A DNA stretch of 55,696 nt, filler included, from Catajapyx aquilonaris (taxonomy: Eukaryota): assembly GCA_000934665.2 (NCBI GenBank). It is 3 parts of 3 records of this genome, joined end to end, with 100 filler letters (N's around TTAATTAATTAA, not from the genome) between each part and the next. Parts side by side here need not be neighbours in the genome. Positions count along the whole stretch, not along the records: positions 1 to 18,553 come from JYFJ02006688.1; positions 18,654 to 37,114 come from JYFJ02006689.1; 1 more part is not named here. One strand, given 5' to 3'. Of the stretch, positions 12,240 to 23,643 are shown in pieces (the first letter of the stretch is position 1; every line of letters starts with the position of its first letter). Under the pieces are notes generated by a model that was not told where the DNA came from, did no database searches, and worked only from the letters and a program-made list of their open reading frames with translations. The position numbers and the translations under genes were made by a program.

Positions 12240-12610
12240 GTTGACCCGTTGGCTGTTGCCATGGACAAACACACAAACTTTCCCTTATATATATGTAAGC
12301 TATCAGTATAATAATGTGAACACATCAATCATAATAAATAATACTAGTAGCGGAGCCAGTTCTTCCCACATTCCATAGTAACGTAATCAACAGCATTGTT
12401 TTTTTTAAATACCGTGGTAACCTGTTGCCATGGACAAACAAAACAAGCTTTCCGTAATATATGAAATCAGTAATATATATTGCGAAGTAAATTATTTGCA
12501 ATACGACCACAGTGTGCAACCGCTACACATGAATAATCAATCATTTGATGCCATTGTAACCAGTTGCCATGAAAAACTTTCACTTACATATGTACAATAT
12601 CAGTCATAAG
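12240..12610. repeat. Three ~140-170 bp degenerate direct repeats with core GTTGCCATG(G/A)
   Basis: GTTGCCATGGACAAAC at about 12255 and 12424, and GTTGCCATGAAAAAC at about 12563. Each is followed by CTTTC...ATAT...ATCAGT. Confidence 0.7.
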
Positions 12611-12702
12611 CATTGTTAGGTAAATAATAGGCAATATGAGTTTGTGTTGCGCAAGTTTTAATGAGGTTCTACAACGTGTGAATTACACGGCTTCAAATGC
12701 GA

Positions 12703-13981
12703 TTACACTTCATTGCGTATGGTCGTACAAACGACGGCTGGAAAATGCTGCGAAATATGGTCCATAGCCACAGTCACAGCCACATGGTTGCAGGTGTCGT
12801 CCAGTACAAGATGCCTGAGGTTCTTGCATCCTGTTAGAAGACTGAGCACGCCTCGGTCGCTGTACGTGTCGGTGCAGGTCACGGAGATGTGGGTCAGTTC
12901 GGGGCAGTTTGACGCAATGATGTCAAGGCAGGCGTCGTCCAGCTGGACGCAGAAGGACAACTTCAGTGTCTGAAGTGTTCGGACCGCTTTCGTTGTAAAG
13001 ATGGAGCTGAGCTGAGCCCCAGTGGCCCAAGACAAGCTGAGACGCCGCAGATTTGTCATCCGGGAAAGTCCTTCTTTAATGTAACTTGTCTGTACATCCC
13101 ATACCTCCGACAATGTCAGATCCTCCAGGAGGCTGCAGTGTTTGATATACCGGATGGATTTGGGTTGAAACAGCAGCCCGACTTTCAGTGTCCGCAGAGA
13201 TCCGGCGGTACTGGCACACATCGCTTCCATCTCCGCATCGAACAGGTCGGAGAAGCAATTCACTTCGATGTCCTTCAGCTGGCTCCAACTCCGATTGACG
13301 GACTGTAGGTCCATCTCAGTCTCGCAGCAGTACATGTTGACCTTCAGCTTATTGAGCTTCGAACTATGGGCGAACATGTCCAGTGGATGGCGGGACTTCC
13401 CAAAGACATTAACGATATCTAGGGTGACCGCCGTGATATCTTCACACCTGTCGAAATATTAGCATCAGTATACAATTCATAGATTAAAACTTATTAATGT
13501 CAACCTTTGCGCTACACATTCCAGCGATTGGGATGATGTAATGAAGCTTTTCTGCAGATGAAGCGCTTCCAGCTTTGGCTTCTTGTCTGCGATGTGTCGC
13601 AGGATTCGGTCAGTCTTCGGGGTCTCCCAGTGGACTAGTCTCACCCGCCTGAGCTGCCCCATGGATTCAATCAGCTCCATGGCTCGTTCTTCGCCCAGTT
13701 TCAATCCGTGAAGCGCAACCTCCCTCCACAGCGATCCGTCCATAGCCAGCCGACCCCACTCTTTGCACACAAGTGCTACGCCCAGCAGCAAGTCACGCGG
13801 GGACAAGTACCAAAAGACCATCAGCAAAACCTCAGTAGGAAGCCCACGGTTGGAGGCTCCAACAGACTGAAATGATACGCTAATTAGTAGCTGTTAATTA
13901 ATTAATTTGTACACTCACCGTCCTTGCCTGCTTACACCTCTTGATGGGTGTTGACATGCTGGGTCTCTTATGCCCCCGCAT
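12703..13981 (-). CDS. F-box/leucine-rich repeat protein (paralogue 1), 389 aa
   Basis: Exons 13981-13919 (MRGHKRPSMSTPIKRCKQART), 13866-13505 and 13447-12703, with GT-AG introns of 52 and 57 nt. F-box LPTEVLLMVFWYLSPRDLLLGVALVCKEW...SLWREV. Cys-containing LRRs (LQTLKLSFCVQLDDACLDIIASNCPELTHI, YSDRGVLSLLTGCKNLRHL). Confidence 0.88.
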
Positions 13982-14092
13982 GTTGTCCAGTGACTCCAGG
14001 CAAGGCCCAAGTATCCAGAGAAAACGAGAGTTGCCTGGAGACTAATTAAATCCAAGTCCAATCAGAGCCTAAAAGTGTCACATTTCAACTAG

Positions 14093-14790
14093 TTGGCGCC
14101 ATTTTGGAAATGAAAGAATATCGATACGATGGAAGAATATCGATACGACTCAAGAATATCGATACGACTCAAATCACGCAATAATATCGATATATCGGCA
14201 AATTTGGCGCCATTTTGGTAATGCAAGACCCTAAAGTATCGATATATTGGCAAATTTGGCGCCATGTTGGAAAATCAAAAATATCGATAAAAGACCCAAG
14301 AGTATCGATACGATATATCGGTAAGTTTAACGATATTTTGGAAAGGCAATATAACGATAAGACCCACAAGAATCGATATATCGGCAAACTCAGCGCCATT
14401 TCGGCAAGTCAAATACATGGATAAAGGACCCAAGAATATCGATACGATATATCGGAAACTTTAACGCAATTTTGAAAATGCAAAAAAAAATATTTATAAG
14501 ACCCAAAAGTATCGATATATTGAAAAATTTAGCGCCATGTTGGAAAATCGAAAATATCGATAAAAGACCCAAGAGTATCGATACGATATATCGGTAAGTT
14601 TAGCGATATTTGGAGAAAGCGATAATATCGATAAGACCCCAAAAAATTCGATATATCGGCAAGGCCAAAATATCAATAAAAGATCCACGAATATCGATAC
14701 GATATATCGGAAACTTTAGCGCAATTTTGAAAATGCAAAAAATATCGATAACATCCCAAACTATCGATATATTGGAAAATTTGGCGCCAA
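14093..14790. repeat. Tandem array (~60-65 bp subunits, ~270 bp higher order) rich in TATCGATA and TTGGCGCC
   Basis: About 15 perfect TATCGATA and four TTGGCGCCA. 14237-14500 is approximately repeated at 14510-14760. Confidence 0.9.
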
Positions 14791-15191
14791 TTTTAATCTC
14801 TAATTTGTAGTTAGGTTATGTTAATTTAATAAATTAAATAATTTCAGTACACAGTTTCAGTTGTGGTCAGATAAATAAACGTCACATGTACGATAAGTAA
14901 TATATTGAACATGATCGTACAGTATTACTATAAAACATGGGAATCACGGGCAGCAATGTATTATTTCACATATTTTTTAAAATCGGAATAAGACTTCATT
15001 GTTGCTTTCTAACTCATGTTCGCTGCCTTGTATTTAAAATGTCTTGATCAAAGGTACAAAAATAGACTTGGTCGTAAACAAAAAAGTCTTTTATCGAATA
15101 CTGTATTAGGAATGATTAATAAAATGTAAACTTATATGTGCTACATATTACAGGCTATACCGAAAAATATTGCACTGTAAGGCTGAATAAA

Positions 15192-15372
15192 GTGACGGTT
15201 TACATGCGAACGATATGATAAGGTAGCGCAATGTCATCGCTGAGCGATGACTCCCAATTGTTTTGGGTGAAAATCAATTGTTACCATGACTGTTACTTTC
15301 GCACCAAAAAATTAGATTCATCGCTCGGCAATGACATTTCAGGATCAAATCGCTCACATGTAAACGCACCTT
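15192..15372. mobile_element. Short MITE (GGTGCGTTTACATG-type termini, Harbinger-like)
   Basis: The right end ATCGCTCACATGTAAACGCACC is shared with 21168-21190, and a fragment occurs at about 48003-48025. The left end is degenerate. Confidence 0.6.
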
Positions 15373-15740
15373 TAATATTGGAAAAATTGTTCCAGAAACA
15401 CTGCTGTTCTCTGTCATATTATCTTGTATGAAAAATATGGGTCGATCTATGACACAAAAATATACTTTTAATAAACAAAATAGTGATTTATGAAGTACTA
15501 GGAATATTATTAATAAAACGTAAAATACCAGTCTTGTTGAGGCTTTCATAGTTACGGCATATATGGAAAAATTGCGCTCAGTAACTCGTTCTTTTCAAGC
15601 GGTCCAGTATGTTACGTACAGTTTCACATATTACATCATGTGCACTGTACCGTAAAAAATTGAGATGAATTTCGGTTCGATTTTTTTTCCAGAATAGTAT
15701 GTTACATTGTGTGCACCGCACCATAATGAAAAGTTCATCG

Positions 15741-17040
15741 CTAGCACAACTGATTCAATCGAATGTGGAGACCAGTATTGTATGTGTGCAACTTGAGGAA
15801 GGAAACGCCTTCCTCGATGTGAAAGCAATAGTTGACCGTCAGGGATCGGAGTGACCTGCAGTGAGTGACTAGGTCAATCAGTCCGTCTATGGTGATACCA
15901 GGACAGCTCTCTAGGGTCAGATCAGTCAGATGGTGACAGTTGGACGTAATGGCCAACAAGCATTCGTCCTTAAAGTGAACGGTGTTCACCATCTCCAGTT
16001 TCTCCAGCTTAAAAGTGAGGCTGGAGAAGAATGCGGACCAGTCGCCGGAAGTAAGTCCAGTCCCGCATTCAACGGAAAGGTAGCGCAAATTAAGATTTCC
16101 AATCCCAGTAAGAAGGGCGGATCTGGTCAGCGGCGTGGACAGCCTCAGATCGTCCAGCTTGGGACACTGCTGGAGCATTAAGTACGACTCGGGTCTTGAC
16201 AAGTTCATGATGGAAAGGCTTTGCAGGTTTTCTCCAGCGTTTCTAACGATAGCGGCTAATTCGTCATCTCCGAAAAAATCATGCTGGATCCACACGGTGC
16301 TCAGCTGTTTCCAGTCTCTTGCGACGGTTCGGTCTAGCGGTAATGCCCGGTCGTGAAAGCAGTAGAAGCTCATCGTCTGCAACTTTGCGTTTGAAGCGAA
16401 GATGTCCAGAAGATTCCTGGAGTCGTCAGGGATTGTAACGTGATCCAGGTTCAGTTCCTTCAGCGCCTCGCACCTGCGGATGCCTCAAATGTGATCATAT
16501 GTATTGATATGTGTGCGTATAACTTACCTGTTGGCGACAAGCTCCAGAGTGTCTTTCGATTCAATGGTTACGATGCAAACGTTAAGCGTCTCAAGCGCCG
16601 TTTGTGATTCCGAGACTCTCCGAAGCAACTCGTCAGACTCGGAGTTCCACAGAACTAAAGTTAACGAAACGAGCTGCGTCATTCGGCTTATTAAGCTGCT
16701 GGCAACGTCCGCTGTCATCCGCCGTCCTGAGAAGGTAACGCTGCGCCAAAGAGCCGGATCTAAAGCCAACTGTTGCCATGCCTTGCACACTAAGGAAGCT
16801 CTCCTCATCAGATCCTGCTTTGAAAGGTATGAAAATACCTTCGTCTTCATCTCCAGCGGGAGGTCCCACCATGTCTTACTGGGTTCACCCTGCAATTATG
16901 TTCAAAATAATTACACAAAATATTATGAGCAAATTATGTTTATATGAGCAATATTCATATCATCCAATATATGAAATCTGCATGTTCATCATTCAAACTA
17001 TCAAACAAACACCGAAATTTGTCGAGTCTAATACCTCCAT
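15741..17040 (-). CDS. F-box/leucine-rich repeat protein (paralogue 2), about 366 aa
   Basis: Exons 17040-17035 (GCC-ATG-GAG|GT, tentative), 16889-16528 and 16473-15741. F-box WWDLPLEMKTKVFSYLSKQDLMRRASLVCKAWQQLALDPALWRSV. LRRs FKDECLLAITSNCHHLTDLTLESCPGITIDGLIDLVTHCRSLRSL. The 54-nt intron is at the same R|C position as in paralogue 1. Confidence 0.88.
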
Positions 17041-18553
17041 GGCTCCAAATTGGGTCTTGTTCGAAGGCGGCTGTTACATGCTACAATTACGCCTAAGTGA
17101 AGTGAAGGAGAGACGTACACTAGATAAATTACAGCGTCATTTTATGCCCTCCAGGCATATATTTTACGTAATTAAATTGGCGGCCATCTTTGGTCGCATT
17201 CGGACGGCTGGCATTTGGATCTGCAACAATATTTAGAACAAAAGTTTGTTATTCTATTAGTGTTTAAATATTGTGGAAGTTAAATTTTTAATATTAAATA
17301 ATTGAGCATAAATAATATTCTAATTAAATTATTACAATTGAAATAATTAGAGCGACGGTGGGAACGCACCCTGGCAGAATCCAAGATGGCGTCGTTTTTT
17401 TGCGCGCAATTTTTAATATTGCAATTTTTTTTTCTCTCTCTTTCAATGTCGTCCAGCTTATTCCTGAGCTGTGCATAATGTTTTAACATTTTCCAGATGG
17501 CATTGCACCATTTAATTAAATGCAGTACTTGCATGATTAGAGTAATTACCCTTTAATATTGCAAGCATCTGTACGTCATTTTTTTAAAAATAATTATTAA
17601 AATAAATTTTATTGCCATAAAATCATCTGGATTTGGCGAAGTACACTAAATATTTAGTGCTAAAATTATTTGGCAGTGTTCAAAGAATGTAACTCACTAG
17701 ATGACGATCAATGAAATTCAAATCGAGCATCTTTATACTGAAAGAATAACGAGTAACAGAAAATAATAATAACAACGAGCTGTAATTTTAAGTTATGCAA
17801 CACTTTTTATTATTACTATTATTATTCATAACATTAAAGTGATTAAAAACACTTGACACTTTTAACATGAAGCAATGATACATCAAATTAAAACATAATA
17901 TTGATTCTTCTCCAGGCACGTAATTGCAGGTAATGCATAATTATACCGCATCGATTTAACAATCAGTACAAAATTTTGTTGCGTCATTTATGAACAAAAA
18001 AAAAACTTCATTACATGTTAATCTTACATCGGTTAAATCACATCAAAAACAACACCAAAAAAAACAAACATGCGTGACAAACACCCGTCAAACTCCAACA
18101 ACATCAAAACATGTCAAGTGTAACTAATTGTAAGTTAATTGAAGCATCTCTTAAAATGGTTCATAACGAGCATAATTTTCAGCATACAATTAAAATGGAC
18201 TACATGTTTAAAAAAAAAAAAAAAGATTTCTTGAACCGCATAAGAGCTTCACAACATTTATACATCAAATGGTTCAAGCGGCTCAACTTGTCGCAACAAT
18301 CATCGTTTTGACGTAACGTCAAACTAAGGCGTCAATACTTTTGCCTCATCGTGTAATTAACATCGTTTGAACATCGACATGTTTTGCACCGCCAATAGTA
18401 CTTGCCCAACTGCATGGTAATTCGCTCACCCTGAACATTTGCACCATAGATGAGACCAGAAACCCACCAATGCGCGAAATTATTGAAGATACAATGTCGT
18501 GGATTTTTCCACAGACAAAGGCAGTATTTAGCCACTGGATGGTTAAAAATGGG

Positions 18554-18653
18554 NNNNNNNNNNNNNNNNNNNNNNNNNNNNNNNNNNNNNNNNNNNNTTA
18601 ATTAATTAANNNNNNNNNNNNNNNNNNNNNNNNNNNNNNNNNNNNNNNNNNNN
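18554..18653. other. Assembly gap with artificial six-frame-stop linker
   Basis: N44-TTAATTAATTAA-N44, exactly 100 nt. Confidence 0.95.
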
Positions 18654-19207
18654 TCAGCCAAATTACACAATACCATTAGGAGGAAAAAAATCGCGAAATT
18701 TAGGAAAATAGTGAAAATCAGGCCCTTTCGGATAATTTTTTCGGTTCGTGGAAGTGGTCAAACCCCAATAAGCAATGCATCAAATCAAAGAGGATCACGA
18801 AGGGAATGCGTCTATGCAATTAGTTTTCCTCTAAAGTGTAACCAGTAAAATGTGCGTGGCATTCCATCGGTCACGTGCTCGGTCACATGTCCAAGAATTT
18901 TTTAATTTTCTGGTTACACTTTAGAGGAAAACTAATTGCATAGATGAATTCCCTTCTGATCCTCTTTCATTTGATGCATTGCTTATTGGGATTTGACCAC
19001 TTTCACGAACCGAAAAAATTATCCGAAAGGGCCTGATTTTCACTATTTTCCTAAATTTCGCGATTTTTTTCCTCCTAATGGTATTGTGTAATTTGGCTGA
19101 AACTGGGCTGAAACGTGTTATGGCATAGTCATGTACAGCTGTGATATTTTTCAGCAAATTCCGAGATGGTCTAGCAACATTTCGACTTACTTGATTTGGA
19201 ATGACCC
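18654..19207. mobile_element. Foldback MITE truncated by the gap
   Basis: 18654-18845 is inverted at 18909-19100 with near identity. The terminus ...GGAATGACCC matches GGGTCATTCC at 36552. Confidence 0.8.
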
Positions 19208-19489
19208 GTATGCACTATTTCGAGGAATTAGGTTTTTTGACTGCAACTGCCCCAAGGTCAAAAACAAATACCAGACAAAATGAATGGTCAATTATGAGTT
19301 ACCAGCGACCTAACCAACATTGAAATAGCGATTAATTTCCATGGACAAAAATCGTGTTGCATAATGTAATATGTGTTGTTCTCGCAAAAATTGCGAAACT
19401 TGAAGGCTCTGGCGACAAATGAAGATGAAGTACGAAAATTCTTTAAAAAATCACCAGTGTTATACTTGTCCATACACAACTTTTGACAC

Positions 19490-19740
19490 CCCGTGCGATT
19501 TAATCGGACAACTTTCGTTTTTTTCGCTCCACCCGAGTGTACAATCCGCGCGCCACCTAGCAACTAAACGGTCCGCTCGCTAACGCCGCCTGCCTGACGC
19601 GTCTGAGCACACCTGTTCCTCATCTACGAACCCCCTTTAGATGGCGTTTCCGGACATGGGTTCCTGTGTGAAATATGTTTGTCTTGGTCCCCTCTATTAC
19701 CCCTACAAGTTTGTCCCCCGAATTCATTTACACCCTGTAT
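19490..19740. mobile_element. Tc1/mariner-type MITE right end
   Basis: Ends in CACCCTG|TA and is homologous (partly inverted) to 11118-11540. Confidence 0.65.
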
Positions 19741-19863
19741 ACACACTGCCCCACTAAAAAGAAATGTGTCTTTTGCACGTTTGGACTCATAGGTGTTGTG
19801 ACAGAGATGTGTTACTCTTTTGAATGTTTTGTTATTTTCAAATGTGTGACAAAGGACATGGCA

Positions 19864-20418
19864 CAAAAGTATGGGCTAGTGGCCTTCCATTCAATTTGCC
19901 TGAAAATTAGATATGTTTAGCTCAGACCATTCTGATCAATGTTAGATAGGAACATTTCGTGGTAGGACCTACAGGAAGCGTGCTAATGACCTCCGAAGGT
20001 AATATGGGGAGTAGTAGTATACAATAATCTTGTCTCCAGAAACTCTTCTCACTCTGTTCATAGTCAACATTTAAAGTTCTACTCTTCTAGTTTATCTTCT
20101 AGTCAACTTATTTCCAGATTTTCCCTGATCAACAAAATGGGGGAAAGTCCAGATGACAACCTTCAAGGAGTAGAATTTGAACCAGATGACTAAGTCATAA
20201 AGATACATTGATAATAATTTATTGCAATAACCATTGAGTTCCTGGAGACAAGATTATTGTAGTCTACTACTCCACATATTACCTTCGGAGGTCATTAGCA
20301 AGCTCCCTGTAGGTCCTACCTCGAAATGTCCCTATCCAACATTGATCAGGACGGTCTGGGCTGCAACATATCCCATTTTCAGGCAAATAGAACGGAAGGC
20401 CACCAGCCCATATTTTTG
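19864..20418. mobile_element. Inverted-repeat element (MITE)
   Basis: CAAAAGTATGGGCTAGTGGCCTTCC...TCTCCAGAAACTC (19864-20045) is inverted at 20235-20418. Confidence 0.7.
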
Positions 20419-20524
20419 CTGACGTATTCTTTTCTTCTTCACAATCTTAACATTAGGACAGTGACGTGCAAGAAGTTCTTCCTCCAGTGACGTGGGCACT
20501 TTTTGTGACCAAGTCACAATTTTT

Positions 20525-20972
20525 GTTATAACGTGGGAAATATAGCACATGTGGACTTCATCTTTGAAACAATCTTGGGTTGATTCCTTCTGCAATGAAT
20601 GGCATTTAGTTTATAATTTTTGAGCAGATAGTATGATCGTAAAAAATCAATTATGCACTGACGCGTATTTGGGGCCATAATGCAAGCGTCACACATGAGA
20701 GCCCACACCGGTTTCCTTTTGAATGCCCAAAACCAGAGCTGGCTTCATGAATCACTAAGCTTTCCAGAGGGGGACCTGAGCTTATCAGTACTGATAAGCT
20801 CAGGCCCCCCCTCTGTAAAGAAGGAATTGATGGAATGCAGTCTTGACCTATTTTTTTCCTGATCGTTATATTTACTCTAAAAATTTGAACTAAATGCCAT
20901 TAATTACAAAAGGAATCAAACTAAGATGTCCAAAAGATGAAGCTCATATGTGGTAGATCTTCAATGTTATAG
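20525..20972. mobile_element. Degenerate inverted-repeat element
   Basis: 20526-20650 is inverted at 20850-20971. It contains the palindrome CCTGAGCTTATCAGTACTGATAAGCTCAGG (20775-20804). Confidence 0.6.
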
Positions 20973-20999
20973 TGAAAACGTCACCGTCCGAGGGTTACA

Positions 21000-21190
21000 G
21001 GTGCCTTTACATGTGAGCGATGTCATCACCGAGTGATAACAACCCTGAGTTACTCGAGTAACCAATATTGTTTGAGGTAAAAGTAACAATCGAGTTTCGC
21101 CTCAAACAATAATGGTTACTCGGGTTACTCAGAGTTGTTATCACTCGGCAATGGCATCGCGCCATCAAATCGCTCACATGTAAACGCACC
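21000..21190. mobile_element. Harbinger-like MITE
   Basis: TIRs GGTGCCTTTACATGTGAGCGAT / ATCGCTCACATGTAAACGCACC with a palindromic interior. Confidence 0.75.
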
Positions 21191-21196
21191 TTTATA

Positions 21197-21842
21197 CAGT
21201 AAACATGTCAAGTTGGACACCTCCCCATGTTGGACATTTTAACTCTTTAGCTGCTGTGTCCGTCCTACATGGACGAACATTTCGAGAAATATTTGCAAAA
21301 ATCTATACAACATAAATGAATGCGGTTTTCGGCATATTCACAAGCAAAAAACGCAGAATTCACCACAAAAGTCACATGCGCAAGTGCTTTGTCTGACTTC
21401 ATAGTATGACGTAATCTTCCAGCGGCCATATTAGAAAAGGTTCTATGCGCAATGAGAGATTGTATGAAGTCTATCTCAATTCTGGGAATTTAGTACGTAG
21501 TTAGTTATATTGGGTTCTAAGGAATATTTTGCATAGATGAGTTTTTTTATCCCGTATACTTCACCGCTATGTTTTTTCCGACCCCTGAGTAGATGTGTAT
21601 AAGTAGTTATAGCTGTTATAATACGCACCGCCTAGACTGTGGGGGAGGCCCAGTAAATCTGGGTGGATCAGCGATTCAGTGCGGTTCGAATGATATTATG
21701 CCGCATGGGGCAAATGCGAGCGCCGTTGGCGAGATATTGAATTTTTTAAATACGATTAAGTCATGCATGAGTCAAGCGGAGGGAGTAGCGGCAGCCAAAG
21801 AGTTAAATGGAACCATCAGTGTCCAACTTATATGTTTTACTG
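21197..21842. mobile_element. pogo/Tigger-like MITE containing a nested TTAA element
   Basis: TA|CAGTAAACATGTCAAGTTGGACAC ... GTGTCCAACTTATATGTTTTACTG. Confidence 0.65.
21243..21802. mobile_element. piggyBac-like MITE
   Basis: TTAA|CTCTTTAGCTGC ... GCAGCCAAAGAG|TTAA. Confidence 0.7.
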
Positions 21843-22011
21843 TCCCTTTCAGGTCATTTTGAAAAGGTTGTTAATGTGAAATATCATAAAATGAACCATC
21901 CTAAAATGGGGGATACCTGTAATAGCTTAAAATTAAACATCATAGGGTGAGGAGGATAATACATGAAGCAAAAATCTTAATTTGAACATATGTTTCATAA
22001 AAATTAATGGC

Positions 22012-23577
22012 TCACCGGGGCGTGGGGTACTTCCCGCTGACCCCACCCTTCTTTTTTCCACCTGGTATTGGATTTCCCTTCAGACCCGCAGCAGCAGCAG
22101 CGACCAATGTAGAGATAAGGGTGGGTCGGTTTGGTGCTACCACTCCTGATGGCCGTTGGTCAGCAGGACTCAACGACTTTTGTTCCCAATCTGGGGGAAG
22201 CATCCCCATCTCCATGTCTGCAGTATCTTTCCTTGCTTGTTGATTGGGAGACGACACCTTCTGCATTGAAGGGGACTGTATTGAGCCTGGATTTGATGGC
22301 CCTTTCACTCGCGCAACAGTCAGATGGGGTGACTGCTTAAGCTTGTTCCAAGGCACTGCCACCTTACGCTCTTCCAACGTCATTGCTGATGGGGGAGTGC
22401 GGCTACCCATTTGGTTGCAATGAGGTGAGGCTGGCAATTCTGCTTGGTCCACAGGCAAGGCAGGTGGTGGGGGAGTGGGCTCCTTTGGGGGTTCTTGCAA
22501 TTCTTCTGCAGCTGGGGGGGCTACATCCAGGGAAGCTCCTTCTAACTGCATGCGAGAATCATCATCATCACTAAGTTCTTCCTTAACGACAGCAGTAACT
22601 TGGGGCACTGCTATGTTTATCTCTGAGCTAATTGAGGAAGAGGGACTGGCAGAGCCTGAGGTTGGCAGCGGTCTCTTCCGTTTCCCAGGTCCCACTACAA
22701 TTGGGGAGGATTGGGACATCACTTCTGGGTCAGTAGGTTTACGTGGTGTCACCTTTTTTGCATCCCGTACTATCTCCAAGGCTGGATCATCTATTCCAAC
22801 CTTGTCCTTTGCAAATGTGAAGTTGCTCATAGTAAGTGTACTTTGAGTCTGAGACACTGTGGGTTAAACAAAAATATGAGTTAATGTCACTCTCGGTCAA
22901 TACACACACACAAAATAAAGGAATATTAAGAGTGTTTCTTAAATGCATGAGCAGTTCATCCAATAGTATAGCTAACAAGAGCACAATAAAATTACACAGA
23001 TTTTGTCCATTCCCCTGGGTGGTTAGTCTACTGGAAATTCCACAAAGCTGCAGACAACAAAAGTCCACATGAGATGAAAAAAGAAAGTCCAGGATTGGAA
23101 TGGAAACGAGGGTCTTTCTGGCTGTGGGTCCAAGCATTATCACTGCACCATTCCACCTGCCCCATCACACATTATCAGCAATCATTTCCACTAACAAGGG
23201 AATGACCAAGGTCGGTTGCCTCCGATTTGGTTGAAACTCACTTGAGGGGTCACTCATGTGTGATAGACACAGGGGTGAAAGCCCCAGATGCCACTGTCCA
23301 TCCGTTTCCAAGATATGAGCGACAGAAACATCTGAATTTTTGCTGTGCGTATAGGGTATAGGGGCCTTGCACTTGTCCCTACCCGCCAGACAACGGTACG
23401 CGCAGCCAACATTCAGATTGTTTTGTCGTTCATATCTCGGAAACAGCTGGACAGTGGCATCTAGGACTTCCACCACTGTGTCTATCACATATGAATGACC
23501 CCTGAAGTGAGTCTCAACCAAATCGGAGGCGACCGACCTTCATTGTTCTCTCGTAAGAATATATCAACATTTCACAG

Positions 23578-23643
<66 letters not shown>

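Noticed and set aside
14093..14810. ORFs with repeated YRY/SIY motifs, or a CRISPR-like array
   Set aside because: These are translations of the TATCGATA tandem repeat on both strands, with no spacers or coding signal.
18598..18609. TTAATTAATTAA palindrome as a biological site
   Set aside because: It is centred in N-runs and repeated identically at 37159-37170, so it is an assembly linker.
20332..20595. ORF with LRR-like LLARHCPNVKIV, or a possible next MBD-gene exon at the TTGCAG near 20590
   Set aside because: Both ends lie within inverted-repeat arms (19864-20418 and 20525-20972), and the phase-compatible frame stops after about 21 codons.
16889..22016. Direct splice from the MBD exon to the F-box paralogue 2 exon
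   Set aside because: The donor is phase 2 and the acceptor phase 0, an assembly gap intervenes, and the F-box gene has its own plausible ATG and promoter motif (AAGATGGCCGCC at about 17180-17190).
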